From Thermodesulfobacteriota bacterium (GTDB lineage Bacteria; Desulfobacterota_D; UBA1144): a DNA stretch of 22,915 bases. The DNA is taken from contig JAYYZJ010000006.1 in assembly GCA_036340075.1 (NCBI GenBank), positions 1-22,915 of the forward strand, written 5' to 3'. A program made the translations under genes and the position numbers. Within the stretch, counting starts at the first letter, position 1. Each line of letters begins with the position of its first letter. The notes beneath the pieces are model-generated. The model made no database searches. It worked only from the letters and a program-made list of their open reading frames with translations, and was not told where the DNA came from. Positions 1 to 8,244 of this stretch are shown here, piece by piece.

Positions 1-19
1 AAATTTATGAAATCAATAA

Positions 20-481
20 TCAAGTACAGTCTTTTTCATAAAAAGAAAATCTCCATATAACTTCTCCTTTATCAAATTCGTAAATATAATCATATCTCAT
101 ATTACTAATAAAAAAGAAATTTTTCTTTGGATCACATGCAATTTGCATTACTGAACTTTTTGTTATGCCTGTTGCATTTGGCAATGCAAGAACAAGATCA
201 TCATAGGACATCTTATATTCTTGCATCAATTTGGAACTATTCAAACTTAGAACATTTGTTACTACAGTAGTGGACGTTGATACAGAAAAAGAAATAGACA
301 CCAAAGTTGTAAAATCATTTATAGTGAGAGGGAGTTTTTCGTTAAATTGTTTCAAAAACTTATTACATTTTTTTGTATCCCTGCGATGTGGGGAGTCGAG
401 AGGTGTAGGTATGTCAAAATAAAGAGAAAGAAATATCACCACAGCTCCAAAACATAAATATCTTAAAAAAGTCATCTTCAT
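20..481 (-). CDS. Hypothetical membrane-anchored/exported protein, possibly AspS/YghG/PA3611-like fold
   Basis: 153 aa ORF with a hydrophobic N-terminal segment (YLCFGAVVIFLSLYF). The pattern N..LP..I...T.L ... C ... Y.Y.Y ... DC at the C-terminus recalls pilotin-like AspS/PA3611 proteins (from memory). An extended -10 lies just upstream. Confidence 0.6.
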   Translation of the reverse strand: MKMTFLRYLCFGAVVIFLSLYFDIPTPLDSPHRRDTKKCNKFLKQFNEKLPLTINDFTTLVSISFSVSTSTTVVTNVLSLNSSKLMQEYKMSYDDLVLALPNATGITKSSVMQIACDPKKNFFFISNMRYDYIYEFDKGEVIWRFSFYEKDCT

Positions 482-487
482 ATTTAG

Positions 488-496
488 AGTTTATCA
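488..496 (-). promoter_or_regulatory. Putative extended -10 promoter (TGATAAACT) for the 20..481 gene, leaderless
   Basis: Minus strand reads TG-A-TAAACT-CTAAAT-ATG, 6 nt from -10 to start, with no SD. Confidence 0.4.
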
Positions 497-591
497 AATT
501 TCTAAAATTTACGCCATTTATATAAAGCAAAAACTGTAGCACCTGATTTTGAGTCTAATTGTGTTAGTGAAGAAAAAGGCCGAGTTTAGTT

Positions 592-668
<77 letters not shown>

Positions 669-673
669 TTTTT

Positions 674-701
674 ATATTATTTAAATTTTTCGTTAAGTCA
701 A
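674..701 (-). promoter_or_regulatory. Putative sigma70 promoter of tRNA-fMet
   Basis: Minus strand TTGACT (701-696), 16 nt spacer, TAATAT (679-674), then 5 nt before tRNA base 1. Confidence 0.55.
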
Positions 702-1582
702 ATTAAAGGTCTTAAAACTTCCATGATTTTTTTATAAGTAGAATCAATATCATTAAGGTTAACTTCCAAATGGTTTTTTATTGAGCCCTTCTTGCCTTTA
801 AGAAAATAATCCAAAATAACATTATCTTTGTCTATTCTCATACAAAAACCTACAGGAAAATCGCAGTCTAGATTTATATCTTTTAAAAATCTACTTTCAT
901 AATTTGCTACCAGAGAATCTCTTTCGGTAGAAAACTTTTGAAAATATTGGGATAAATCTTCGTTTTTTCTAGCTTCTACAGCTAAAAATCCTTGTAAAGG
1001 GGCTGGAACTATTTCTTCATAATCAAATATATAAGCAACATTTTCTTCTAACCCTAACCTTTTAATCCCAGCAAAAGCTAAAACTATTCCATCGTATTCA
1101 CCTTTTTTCATTTTCTCAATCCTAGTGTCAACATTACCTCTTATTGGTTTGACAACTATTTCTGGATTTAAAATCTTTATTTGTTCTGTTCTTCTAGGGC
1201 TTCCAGTTCCAATTTCTGAATCTTTAGCAAAGTCATTTAAGTTTTTATTTAATTCTGATATCAATACATCTCTAGAGTCTTCCCTGTTTGATACACCTAT
1301 TATTTCTAATTCATTAGGTAAAAAAGCTGGCAAATCTTTATAGCTATGAATAGCAATATCAATCTCTTTATTAATCAAGGAATCCTCAATTTCTTTAACA
1401 AAGATTCCTTTATTTAAATTGGTATCAGAAAATTCTTCTTGGTTTATATCACCTTCAGTTGTAATTGGTACAATAATTACATTTAAATCCGGATGATTAT
1501 TAATAAGATAATCTTTTACAAAATTGGCTTGCCAAAGTGCTAATTTGCTAGATCTAGTTCCTATTCTTAAGTTTCTTTTCAT
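698..1582 (-). CDS. hemC: Hydroxymethylbilane synthase (porphobilinogen deaminase)
   Basis: IGTRSSKLALWQA, KGIFVKEIE, AIHSYKDLP, GTGSPRR, IRGNVDTRIEK motifs; cofactor Cys retained in LDCDFPVG. Confidence 0.96.
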   Translation of the reverse strand: MKRNLRIGTRSSKLALWQANFVKDYLINNHPDLNVIIVPITTEGDINQEEFSDTNLNKGIFVKEIEDSLINKEIDIAIHSYKDLPAFLPNELEIIGVSNREDSRDVLISELNKNLNDFAKDSEIGTGSPRRTEQIKILNPEIVVKPIRGNVDTRIEKMKKGEYDGIVLAFAGIKRLGLEENVAYIFDYEEIVPAPLQGFLAVEARKNEDLSQYFQKFSTERDSLVANYESRFLKDINLDCDFPVGFCMRIDKDNVILDYFLKGKKGSIKNHLEVNLNDIDSTYKKIMEVLRPLI

Positions 1583-2837
1583 TTTCTAGATTAACAACAT
1601 TGTTTACTGATTGATCTAAATCAAAAATATCCGAAAGAACTTTTAAGTATAGATTCTCTTTGATGTTCGACTCAGTTTTTACTCTATTGATTGGTACATG
1701 TAATATTTTATTTGAAATTCTTTTAGACAATAACTCTAAGTCCTTTTTGTCTCCTGATTGTGAGAGTTCAGAATTTACAATATTAAAAACATGCTCACTT
1801 AATGCTTTTATTATTTCCTTAGAATCGTTTGTATTCTCCCAACTCAAATATAAATCAACAGATTCTTGTATTATTTTTGATGCTTCCTCTATACCTTTTT
1901 CATTTCCACCAAAATCCTTATGGATAATTGATTTTAAATCATCTAAGTCATACAAGAAACATTTATCTAAATCCCCTACTCTAGGATCTATATCTCTAGG
2001 TACCGCAATATCAACAATAAAAATATGTTTATCTCTTTTAAGATGTAGTACACTTTCCATTCTTTCTTTTGTAATTAAAAAATTATCAGATCCGCTTGCT
2101 GTAAAAACCATATCTACTTCTGATAAATATTTATCTATATTATCCAAAATCACTGGTTTGCATGAATTTCTATCAGAAAAAGTTATTGCATTTTTAACAT
2201 CTTTACTAGCAACAAATATTTTAGAGCACCCATTCTTTCTAAGGTAAGAAACAATTAATTGGGATATTTCACCAGTTCCTAAAACTAAAGCACTCTTACT
2301 TTTTAACTCATCAAATATTTTTTTGCTTAAATAAACAACTAATGAGCCTATAGAATCTCCCTTCTTTCCTACGGATGTTTCACTTCTGACCCTCTTTGCT
2401 GTAAAGAGAGATATATGAATAAGTTTATGCAAATATAATCCGATAGTGCCAATAGAATTGGCAGCATTATAACTTTGTTTAATTTGATTAATAATTTGGG
2501 GTTCTCCAAATACCATAGAATCAGTACCAGATGCGACTTTTATTAAATGATAAATTGCATCTTTTTCGTGAAAAAATTGGTACGTAATCGGTGATTTGTC
2601 CATTTTAAATTTATGAAATTCAGAGATAAATTGAATAATTTCTGATTCTATATTTTCAGATTTACTATAAACATATATTTCTACTCTATTACATGTTGAT
2701 AGAATGAAACATTCTTCTACAAAAGACTCTTTATTTAAAGAATTAAGTGCAAGCTCTAAATCATTCTTGCTAAAAGAAAAGTTTTCTAAGAATGAAATAT
2801 CTGAATTATTATGATTAATTGTTAATACTGATAACAT
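1554..2837 (-). CDS. hemA: Glutamyl-tRNA reductase
   Basis: LSTCNRVEIY catalytic Cys motif, SGTDSMVFGEPQI, GTGEIS Rossmann, DIAVPRDID. Start moved to ATG 2837 (MLSVLTINH) after a purine-rich SD-like run; the track's 2936 start lies deep inside the upstream gene. Confidence 0.95.
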   Translation of the reverse strand: MLSVLTINHNNSDISFLENFSFSKNDLELALNSLNKESFVEECFILSTCNRVEIYVYSKSENIESEIIQFISEFHKFKMDKSPITYQFFHEKDAIYHLIKVASGTDSMVFGEPQIINQIKQSYNAANSIGTIGLYLHKLIHISLFTAKRVRSETSVGKKGDSIGSLVVYLSKKIFDELKSKSALVLGTGEISQLIVSYLRKNGCSKIFVASKDVKNAITFSDRNSCKPVILDNIDKYLSEVDMVFTASGSDNFLITKERMESVLHLKRDKHIFIVDIAVPRDIDPRVGDLDKCFLYDLDDLKSIIHKDFGGNEKGIEEASKIIQESVDLYLSWENTNDSKEIIKALSEHVFNIVNSELSQSGDKKDLELLSKRISNKILHVPINRVKTESNIKENLYLKVLSDIFDLDQSVNNVVNLENEKKLKNRN

Positions 2838-3885
2838 CTTCTTCCCTTCCGTATTGATTCTCCCATGTTTTATATTCATCTGAAAAATATTTAAGTCTGG
2901 TTTTCTTATATTCTTTTGAACTATATAGAGCATCATACTCTTTGATACCAGTAATATCTGATAGTTTTTTGATTAAGGAATTGCAGTCTTTAGCTGAACG
3001 GCCATGAATCATAGTAAAGAGAGAATAAGGCCAATCTGGGTAAGTAGGTCTTCTATAACAATGACTTACGGATTTAAAGCTGGCCATTTTTGGTGCAATA
3101 GATTCAATCATATCTTCTGGGACTTTCCATACTCCCATTGCATTAGCTCTGAATCCTGCTTTTCTGTGATGTAAAATCGCTGCAACTCTTCTCATTATTC
3201 CTGCTTTGTTAAATATTTTTAAATTATCAATCACTTCTTCTGCACTGATATTAAGTTTTAATCCAATTTCTTTAAATGGATTAGGTGTTAAGGGTAAGTC
3301 CTCTTGAACTTCCTTTATTATATTGATATCTTTCTCATTGAATACGTAATCGGTAGAGATATTTTCCTCACCATAAAAGTTTTCATCTTTTGATGACAAA
3401 GAATCTTCTCCTGTCATATCCAACTTAACTCCTATTTTAAATAATTTTAGAGTAGGAAGAATCCTTGTTGATTTAGAATGAGATAGATTACTTAGCAAAT
3501 CAACAGTCTGTTCAAGTCCTAATTTACTATCTGGAGGCACAGCTAAAGTAAACCAAAGATTAAAAAAGTGGTTTCTCTTGTAGTTATGTGTTACACCAGG
3601 ATGAGAATTGATAACATGGGCAGCAGTATCAAGCTTTTCTTCATCAAAAGCCATCGCAACAAGAGTTGATTTATATTTCATGCTTCTAGTATCAAAAATA
3701 GCACTAATTTGTCTTATGTATTGAACCTCTTTCAACTTTTGAGTTCTTTCTATTACTTCTTCCTCTGTAATAGATAACAAGTCGCCCAAATCCTTGTAAG
3801 GAGAAGTAGTTAAAGGAAAATTGGATTGCAATAAATTTAACAATTTGTTATCAATTTCTTCAATATTCATTTCTTTTTTGCTCAT
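2815..3885 (-). CDS. ahbAB: Siroheme decarboxylase, fused AhbA-AhbB (NirDL-type, tandem Lrp/AsnC-like domains)
   Basis: Two repeats, each a wHTH (LLQSNFPLT..PY; VQEDLPLTPNPF) plus catalytic motifs VTHNYKRNH and VSHCYRRPTYPDWPYSLFTMIH; adjacent to hemA. Confidence 0.9.
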   Translation of the reverse strand: MSKKEMNIEEIDNKLLNLLQSNFPLTTSPYKDLGDLLSITEEEVIERTQKLKEVQYIRQISAIFDTRSMKYKSTLVAMAFDEEKLDTAAHVINSHPGVTHNYKRNHFFNLWFTLAVPPDSKLGLEQTVDLLSNLSHSKSTRILPTLKLFKIGVKLDMTGEDSLSSKDENFYGEENISTDYVFNEKDINIIKEVQEDLPLTPNPFKEIGLKLNISAEEVIDNLKIFNKAGIMRRVAAILHHRKAGFRANAMGVWKVPEDMIESIAPKMASFKSVSHCYRRPTYPDWPYSLFTMIHGRSAKDCNSLIKKLSDITGIKEYDALYSSKEYKKTRLKYFSDEYKTWENQYGREEDVISINN

Positions 3886-4589
3886 TACATTATACCACCA
3901 GGTGGCATTAGGAATATTTCATCAACATTAACAGATTTTTTATTTGTAATAGAATTGTATAGAACTTCAGCAACTTCCATATCTTGCATCATCCCAGAAC
4001 GATCCCAATTTCCCCCTAAATTATCCCAAATAGCTGTATCTGTTGCGCCAATTTCGGCATGAACAACTCTAATCTTTTTAGGTCTTACCTCTTCTCTTAA
4101 TGCTTCAGTAAAACCCTTGAGTCCATATTTTGAAGCACAATAAGCACCCCAGTTTGGAAAACCATTTCTTGAAGCTAAAGAGCCCATGTTTAATATAAGA
4201 GAATCTTTTTTTAGTAGTGGTAAGAAGGATTTTGTTAACAAAAAAGCACCAGTAAGATTTACATCGATTATATTTCTCCAATCATTCAGTTTTATTTTTT
4301 CTATAGGACTGAGGACATTCGTTCCTGAATTATTAATTAAATAATCAATTCTTTTAAATTTACTTTTTACACTTTTTGTAATACGTTTTACATCTTTTTC
4401 TTTGCTTACGTCTCCTTGATAACATATTAGATTCTTTTTGTACTCTTGAAAGTCTTTGAGCAAAAGGTTGATATTAGATTTTTTTCTTGAAAAAGTAACA
4501 ACTTTAATTCCATTTTTGATTAATAATAGAACTAGACTTTTTCCTATTCCACTTGTCCCACCGCTTATTACTGCTACTTTTTCACTCAT
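3885..4589 (-). CDS. SDR oxidoreductase, probable sepiapterin-reductase-type pterin reductase
   Basis: GGTSGIG, NNSG, YCASK. The C-terminal GATDTAIW..MM..VDEIFLMP pattern resembles bacterial sepiapterin reductases (Chlorobium type, from memory). Directly follows folE. Confidence 0.8.
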   Translation of the reverse strand: MSEKVAVISGGTSGIGKSLVLLLIKNGIKVVTFSRKKSNINLLLKDFQEYKKNLICYQGDVSKEKDVKRITKSVKSKFKRIDYLINNSGTNVLSPIEKIKLNDWRNIIDVNLTGAFLLTKSFLPLLKKDSLILNMGSLASRNGFPNWGAYCASKYGLKGFTEALREEVRPKKIRVVHAEIGATDTAIWDNLGGNWDRSGMMQDMEVAEVLYNSITNKKSVNVDEIFLMPPGGIM

Positions 4590-4593
4590 AAAT

Positions 4594-5451
4594 CTAGTTT
4601 CTATGATTCCCTATTAAATTTAAAAATTCTGCTCTTGTTCTTTCGTCAGTACGAAAATAACCAAGGAGCTTACTAGTAACCGTATGAGTATCAGATTTTT
4701 TTACTCCTCTCATTTCCATGCATAAATGTCTAGCCTTTAAAACTACTCCAACTCCCTTTGCTCCTAATTCAGATTCAAGGTAATCGGCAACCTGATTAGT
4801 TATTCTTTCTTGGTTTTGTAATCTTCTAGAAAATTTTTCTAAAGTTCTAGAAAGCTTACTAATTCCTACGATTTTCTTATTTGGTATATAAGCTATGTAT
4901 CCTTTTCCAAAAAAAGGTAAAAGGTGGTGTTCGCAAAATGAATAAAATGGAATATCGAGTTGCACAATCATCTCATCAGTTTTTTCTACATCAAAGGTAG
5001 TTATATTAAATTCTGGAGGGTTTAAAAATTCTGAAAAAGCATCTAAATATCTTTTTGGTGTATTTTTTAGTCCTTCCCTATTAGGGTCTTCACCGATAAT
5101 CTCTAAAAGTCTCACAACGGTTTCTTGTTGGTCTTCATCAACTTGTTTTTCAAATGGAAAGTTTACCCAATCAACATTCTTATCTTTGCTATAAAGCGCT
5201 ATAAATTTTTTCTTTGGATAAAGCTTCTTGTATTTTTTCTTAGTTCTACCAGAATCTATTATGTCGTCCAAAATAATATCAGCATCTTCAGGATTAGATA
5301 CATTCTTACAATCAAAGAACCCGGATAAAATCATTCCATTTTTTGGCACTCCATAAATCTTAGTTTTTGAAGTAATCGAATGCTTCTTTTTTGCTGACTT
5401 AATTTTCGCTAAAATTTCATCCCATGAAAGGTGAATTATCTTCTTTGTCAT
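4594..5451 (-). CDS. folE: GTP cyclohydrolase I with N-terminal phosphoribosyltransferase-like domain
   Basis: C-terminal ~180 aa: GEDPNREGLKNTPKR, SFCEHHLLPF, SKLSR...RRLQNQER, HLCMEMRG. N-terminal ~100 aa: LSW, IYGVPKNG, IILDDIIDSGRT, WVNFPFE. Confidence 0.93.
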   Translation of the reverse strand: MTKKIIHLSWDEILAKIKSAKKKHSITSKTKIYGVPKNGMILSGFFDCKNVSNPEDADIILDDIIDSGRTKKKYKKLYPKKKFIALYSKDKNVDWVNFPFEKQVDEDQQETVVRLLEIIGEDPNREGLKNTPKRYLDAFSEFLNPPEFNITTFDVEKTDEMIVQLDIPFYSFCEHHLLPFFGKGYIAYIPNKKIVGISKLSRTLEKFSRRLQNQERITNQVADYLESELGAKGVGVVLKARHLCMEMRGVKKSDTHTVTSKLLGYFRTDERTRAEFLNLIGNHRN

Positions 5452-5453
5452 CT

Positions 5454-5870
5454 CTATTCCTCGTAATCAAAATAATTTTCTGACGTTTCCCATAATCTAA
5501 TATGTGATAATTTACCAGGTGTTGGAATCTTGTCAGCTAAATTCTTCCACAAGTATTTTGCTATGTTTTCTCCTGATGCTCTTTCTTTTGTAAAATAATC
5601 TATTTCTATATCTAATCTCTTATGATCTAATTCATCTATAATGGAAGAAACAACTTGGTCTAAATCCTCAATATTCACAATCATTCCTGTATCTTCTGCT
5701 ATATCTCCCTTAACTGTTAACTCTAAGTAATAATCATGACCATGCCCTTGAGGATTATTGCATTTACCAAAAACTTCTTTGTTCTTCTCATCAGAAAAGT
5801 TTTCATTGTGAAGTCTATGGGCGGCGCTAAAAGAATATATCTTAGTTAATGTACATTTCTCTTTAATCAT
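5454..5870 (-). CDS. 6-pyruvoyl-tetrahydropterin synthase (COG0720, PTPS-II-type motif)
   Basis: FSAAHRL, KCNNPQGHGHDY (C-X5-HGH), TGMIVN, LDHK, GEN, LWET. Start placed at ATG 5870, forming an ATGA overlap with the upstream stop. Confidence 0.92.
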   Translation of the reverse strand: MIKEKCTLTKIYSFSAAHRLHNENFSDEKNKEVFGKCNNPQGHGHDYYLELTVKGDIAEDTGMIVNIEDLDQVVSSIIDELDHKRLDIEIDYFTKERASGENIAKYLWKNLADKIPTPGKLSHIRLWETSENYFDYEE

Positions 5871-6289
5871 TGTTCTTTCCAATATTCAACAAATAAATCT
5901 TTAGTTTCGTATAATCTCACTTTTCGTAATTTACAATCTGCACATTTTAGTTTCTCTGTTATACATTCATATAATATTTTTGCAAAATTTTCTGTGGTAG
6001 GAATTAGTTCTTCAAAATAATCAGTATCTTCATTAAGAAATTTATGATCAAATTCTTTCAAAACACTTTTAATCATGGGTTTTAATTGATAAATATTGAT
6101 AATCATCCCTGTTTCTGGATCAACTGGTCCCTCTATTGTTGTTTCAAGCACATAATTGTGTCCATGACCGTACTTACTGGTGCATTTTCCAAAAACTTCC
6201 AGATTTTTTTTCTCACTCCAATTATTATTCCAATACCTATGAGAGGCAGAAAATTCCATTCGTTTTGTTAAAGTTCTATATTCAATCAT
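5867..6289 (-). CDS. 6-pyruvoyl-tetrahydropterin synthase, second paralog (PTPS-II-type motif)
   Basis: FSASHRY, KCTSKYGHGHNY (C-X5-HGH), DPETGMIIN, FDHKFLN, PTTEN, LYET. Confidence 0.92.
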   Translation of the reverse strand: MIEYRTLTKRMEFSASHRYWNNNWSEKKNLEVFGKCTSKYGHGHNYVLETTIEGPVDPETGMIINIYQLKPMIKSVLKEFDHKFLNEDTDYFEELIPTTENFAKILYECITEKLKCADCKLRKVRLYETKDLFVEYWKEQ

Positions 6290-6323
6290 AAAGCCTTTAG
6301 GATACCATTATATAGAAAGAAAA

Positions 6324-7253
6324 TTAATCAATAACCTGAACGATATTCTCCATTATTTCTATAGGAGTCTGTTTTCCAACAGGATTAGGAGTTATGATTG
6401 CCATATCAACTCCTGCATCTTTCCACTTTGAAAGTGCTTCTTTGCATTGGCTTATTGGACCTACTAATCCTAACTGTGTAACAAGTTCATCAGTTAGTAC
6501 TTCTGCAGGCTTTTCTCCACCTTTAATTTTTTCTACTATATCTCCATACCCACCAAGCGTAAGCACTCTCTGGTAGAAAGGTAGCATGCAATACCCTGTA
6601 AGTCCTTTTTTTGCAGAAGCAATTGCTAAATCTAAATCTTCTGAAATAAAAGAAGGTAGACCAGCGGTCATTATCAAATCGGATTCAAGTGAAGATGACT
6701 CTCTCCCCTTTTTTCCGGCTTGAATCAATTTTTGTAAATGATCTGGGGTTGCTAGATACGGCATTAGTCCATCTGCTACTTCACCAGCTAATTCTGCTGT
6801 TCTCTCAGTAAGTCCAGCGATATAAATAGGAAATGGTTCAACTTGTCTTTTTAGTCTAGTTTGCTTAGACGAGCCATCTAAATGTTCCCGAATTTCGTTT
6901 ACATATGTTCTCATTGAACCAATAGGATCATTCATTTCAACACCAAGTGCAGCATTAACAGGAGCATGTGATACACCAAGACCTAAAAGCATTCTGTTTC
7001 CGCTTGCTTCTTGTATGGTCATAGCCTCAGCCGCACACATGACTGAATGTCTTAAATAAATATTTGAAATCCAAGTACCTATTTTTGTTTCTTTGGTATG
7101 ATTAGATAACAAATGAGCATTGGAAAGTCCGCTCCAAGGTGGAACTTCCGGTGATAAAATTGCATAAGTATTCGAATCTTCTGCTAGTCTGGCGATCCCA
7201 ACCAAATCATTTGCTGAGCATCCAAAGACAGGTGTTGTTACAGATATATCCAT
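6324..7253 (-). CDS. LLM-class (luciferase-like) flavin/F420-dependent oxidoreductase
   Basis: IGTWISNIYLRH, SGNRMLLGLGVSH, PIYIAG, AELAGEVADG. Start at ATG 7253 preceded by SD AGGGAGGG (7266-7259). Confidence 0.88.
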   Translation of the reverse strand: MDISVTTPVFGCSANDLVGIARLAEDSNTYAILSPEVPPWSGLSNAHLLSNHTKETKIGTWISNIYLRHSVMCAAEAMTIQEASGNRMLLGLGVSHAPVNAALGVEMNDPIGSMRTYVNEIREHLDGSSKQTRLKRQVEPFPIYIAGLTERTAELAGEVADGLMPYLATPDHLQKLIQAGKKGRESSSLESDLIMTAGLPSFISEDLDLAIASAKKGLTGYCMLPFYQRVLTLGGYGDIVEKIKGGEKPAEVLTDELVTQLGLVGPISQCKEALSKWKDAGVDMAIITPNPVGKQTPIEIMENIVQVID

Positions 7254-7336
7254 GATATCCCTCCCTATATACATATTATCTTACTGAATTAATTCGATAA
7301 TTGTAAGGGCTGATTAATTATAAAAATTATCTAAAA

Positions 7337-8227
7337 TCAATATTGATTCACTATATCTCTATAATATTCTGGCCTTAAATCTTCTTCTGATTTTTCTAGG
7401 ATAATTTTTTTTATTTTCTGAACTATTTCTGCTTTATCTTTGGGATAGATTGCTTTTATAGGTAAATAATTAGAAATATGGTTTGAAAAGAAATATCCGT
7501 TCGAAAGTTCTGTATTCTCAGCTATTATCTCCAGCTCTTTTAAAAGTTGGAATTTATCAGGAAGTTCAAAGTCTCCTTTCTTCCAAAGACTGTAAATTGG
7601 CGCATCAGGTCTTAACTGTAACGATAACAACCCAACATAATCAGGGTCTCCTTTCGTAAGCATATCAGCTGTTTCATAAGCATGAATAATACTTCTATCT
7701 TTTCCTCCTACACCCAAGAGAACCATACCGGATACTTTAATTCCAGCATTTTTTAACTTTATCATTGATTCGATAGTTTGCTCTTTATTAGCGCCCTTTT
7801 TAATCCTACTAAGAGTTATATCATCTCCACTTTCAAAACCTATATAGACCAAAGACAGACCAGCTTCAGCTAAAGCATTTAATTCTGCTTCTTTTTTTCT
7901 TAGTATATCTTTTACATTTCCATATAAAGAGACTCTTTCCATATTTGGATTAGATACTTTAATTTGCTTAATAACATCTACAAGCTTATTTGTAGGCATT
8001 ATAAGTGCATTACCATCCGCAATAAACGATCTACGAAAATCGGGAGATGAACGCTCCGAGATTATTTTAAAAATCTCTTCTTTGGATCTAATTTTAAACT
8101 TCTGATTCAGTTGTCTATACATTGCGCAATATGTACATTGATTGTGAGAACATCCAACAGTGGCTTGTATTAAAAGACTATTGGCTTCACTTGGTGGTCT
8201 AAACATTGGTTGTTCAAATTGAATCAT
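7337..8227 (-). CDS. Radical SAM protein of unknown function
   Basis: FRPPSEANSLLIQATVGCSHNQCTYC (CX3CX2C), YIGFESG; no SPASM cysteines. Start at ATG 8227 (MIQFEQP). Confidence 0.88.
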   Translation of the reverse strand: MIQFEQPMFRPPSEANSLLIQATVGCSHNQCTYCAMYRQLNQKFKIRSKEEIFKIISERSSPDFRRSFIADGNALIMPTNKLVDVIKQIKVSNPNMERVSLYGNVKDILRKKEAELNALAEAGLSLVYIGFESGDDITLSRIKKGANKEQTIESMIKLKNAGIKVSGMVLLGVGGKDRSIIHAYETADMLTKGDPDYVGLLSLQLRPDAPIYSLWKKGDFELPDKFQLLKELEIIAENTELSNGYFFSNHISNYLPIKAIYPKDKAEIVQKIKKIILEKSEEDLRPEYYRDIVNQY

Positions 8228-8231
8228 GATA

Positions 8232-8241
8232 TATAATAACA
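8232..8241. promoter_or_regulatory. Overlapping divergent -10 elements (radical SAM gene / small ORF)
   Basis: Minus strand TG-T-TATTAT (8241-8233) lies 5 nt before ATG 8227; plus strand TATAAT (8232-8237) lies 7 nt before GTG 8245. Confidence 0.4.
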
Positions 8242-8244
8242 TCT

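Noticed and set aside
2838..2936. 33-aa N-terminal extension of HemA
   Set aside because: It lies inside ahbAB; HemA similarity and an SD-like run support a start at 2837.
2815..3885. Lrp/AsnC transcriptional regulator
   Set aside because: The HNYxR and HCYxR...WPY motifs and the position next to hemA identify siroheme decarboxylase.
5454..6289. Queuosine or 7-deazaguanine DNA-modification cluster (folE + queD)
   Set aside because: Both COG0720 genes have C-X5-HGH rather than the QueD motif; no queC, queE, tgt or dpdA in the window; the adjacent SDR fits a biopterin route better.
7337..8227. Radical SAM protein as AhbC/AhbD/NirJ or QueE
   Set aside because: No SPASM cysteine cluster and no QueE-type motif; the RPPSE N-terminus points to a different, uncharacterised family.
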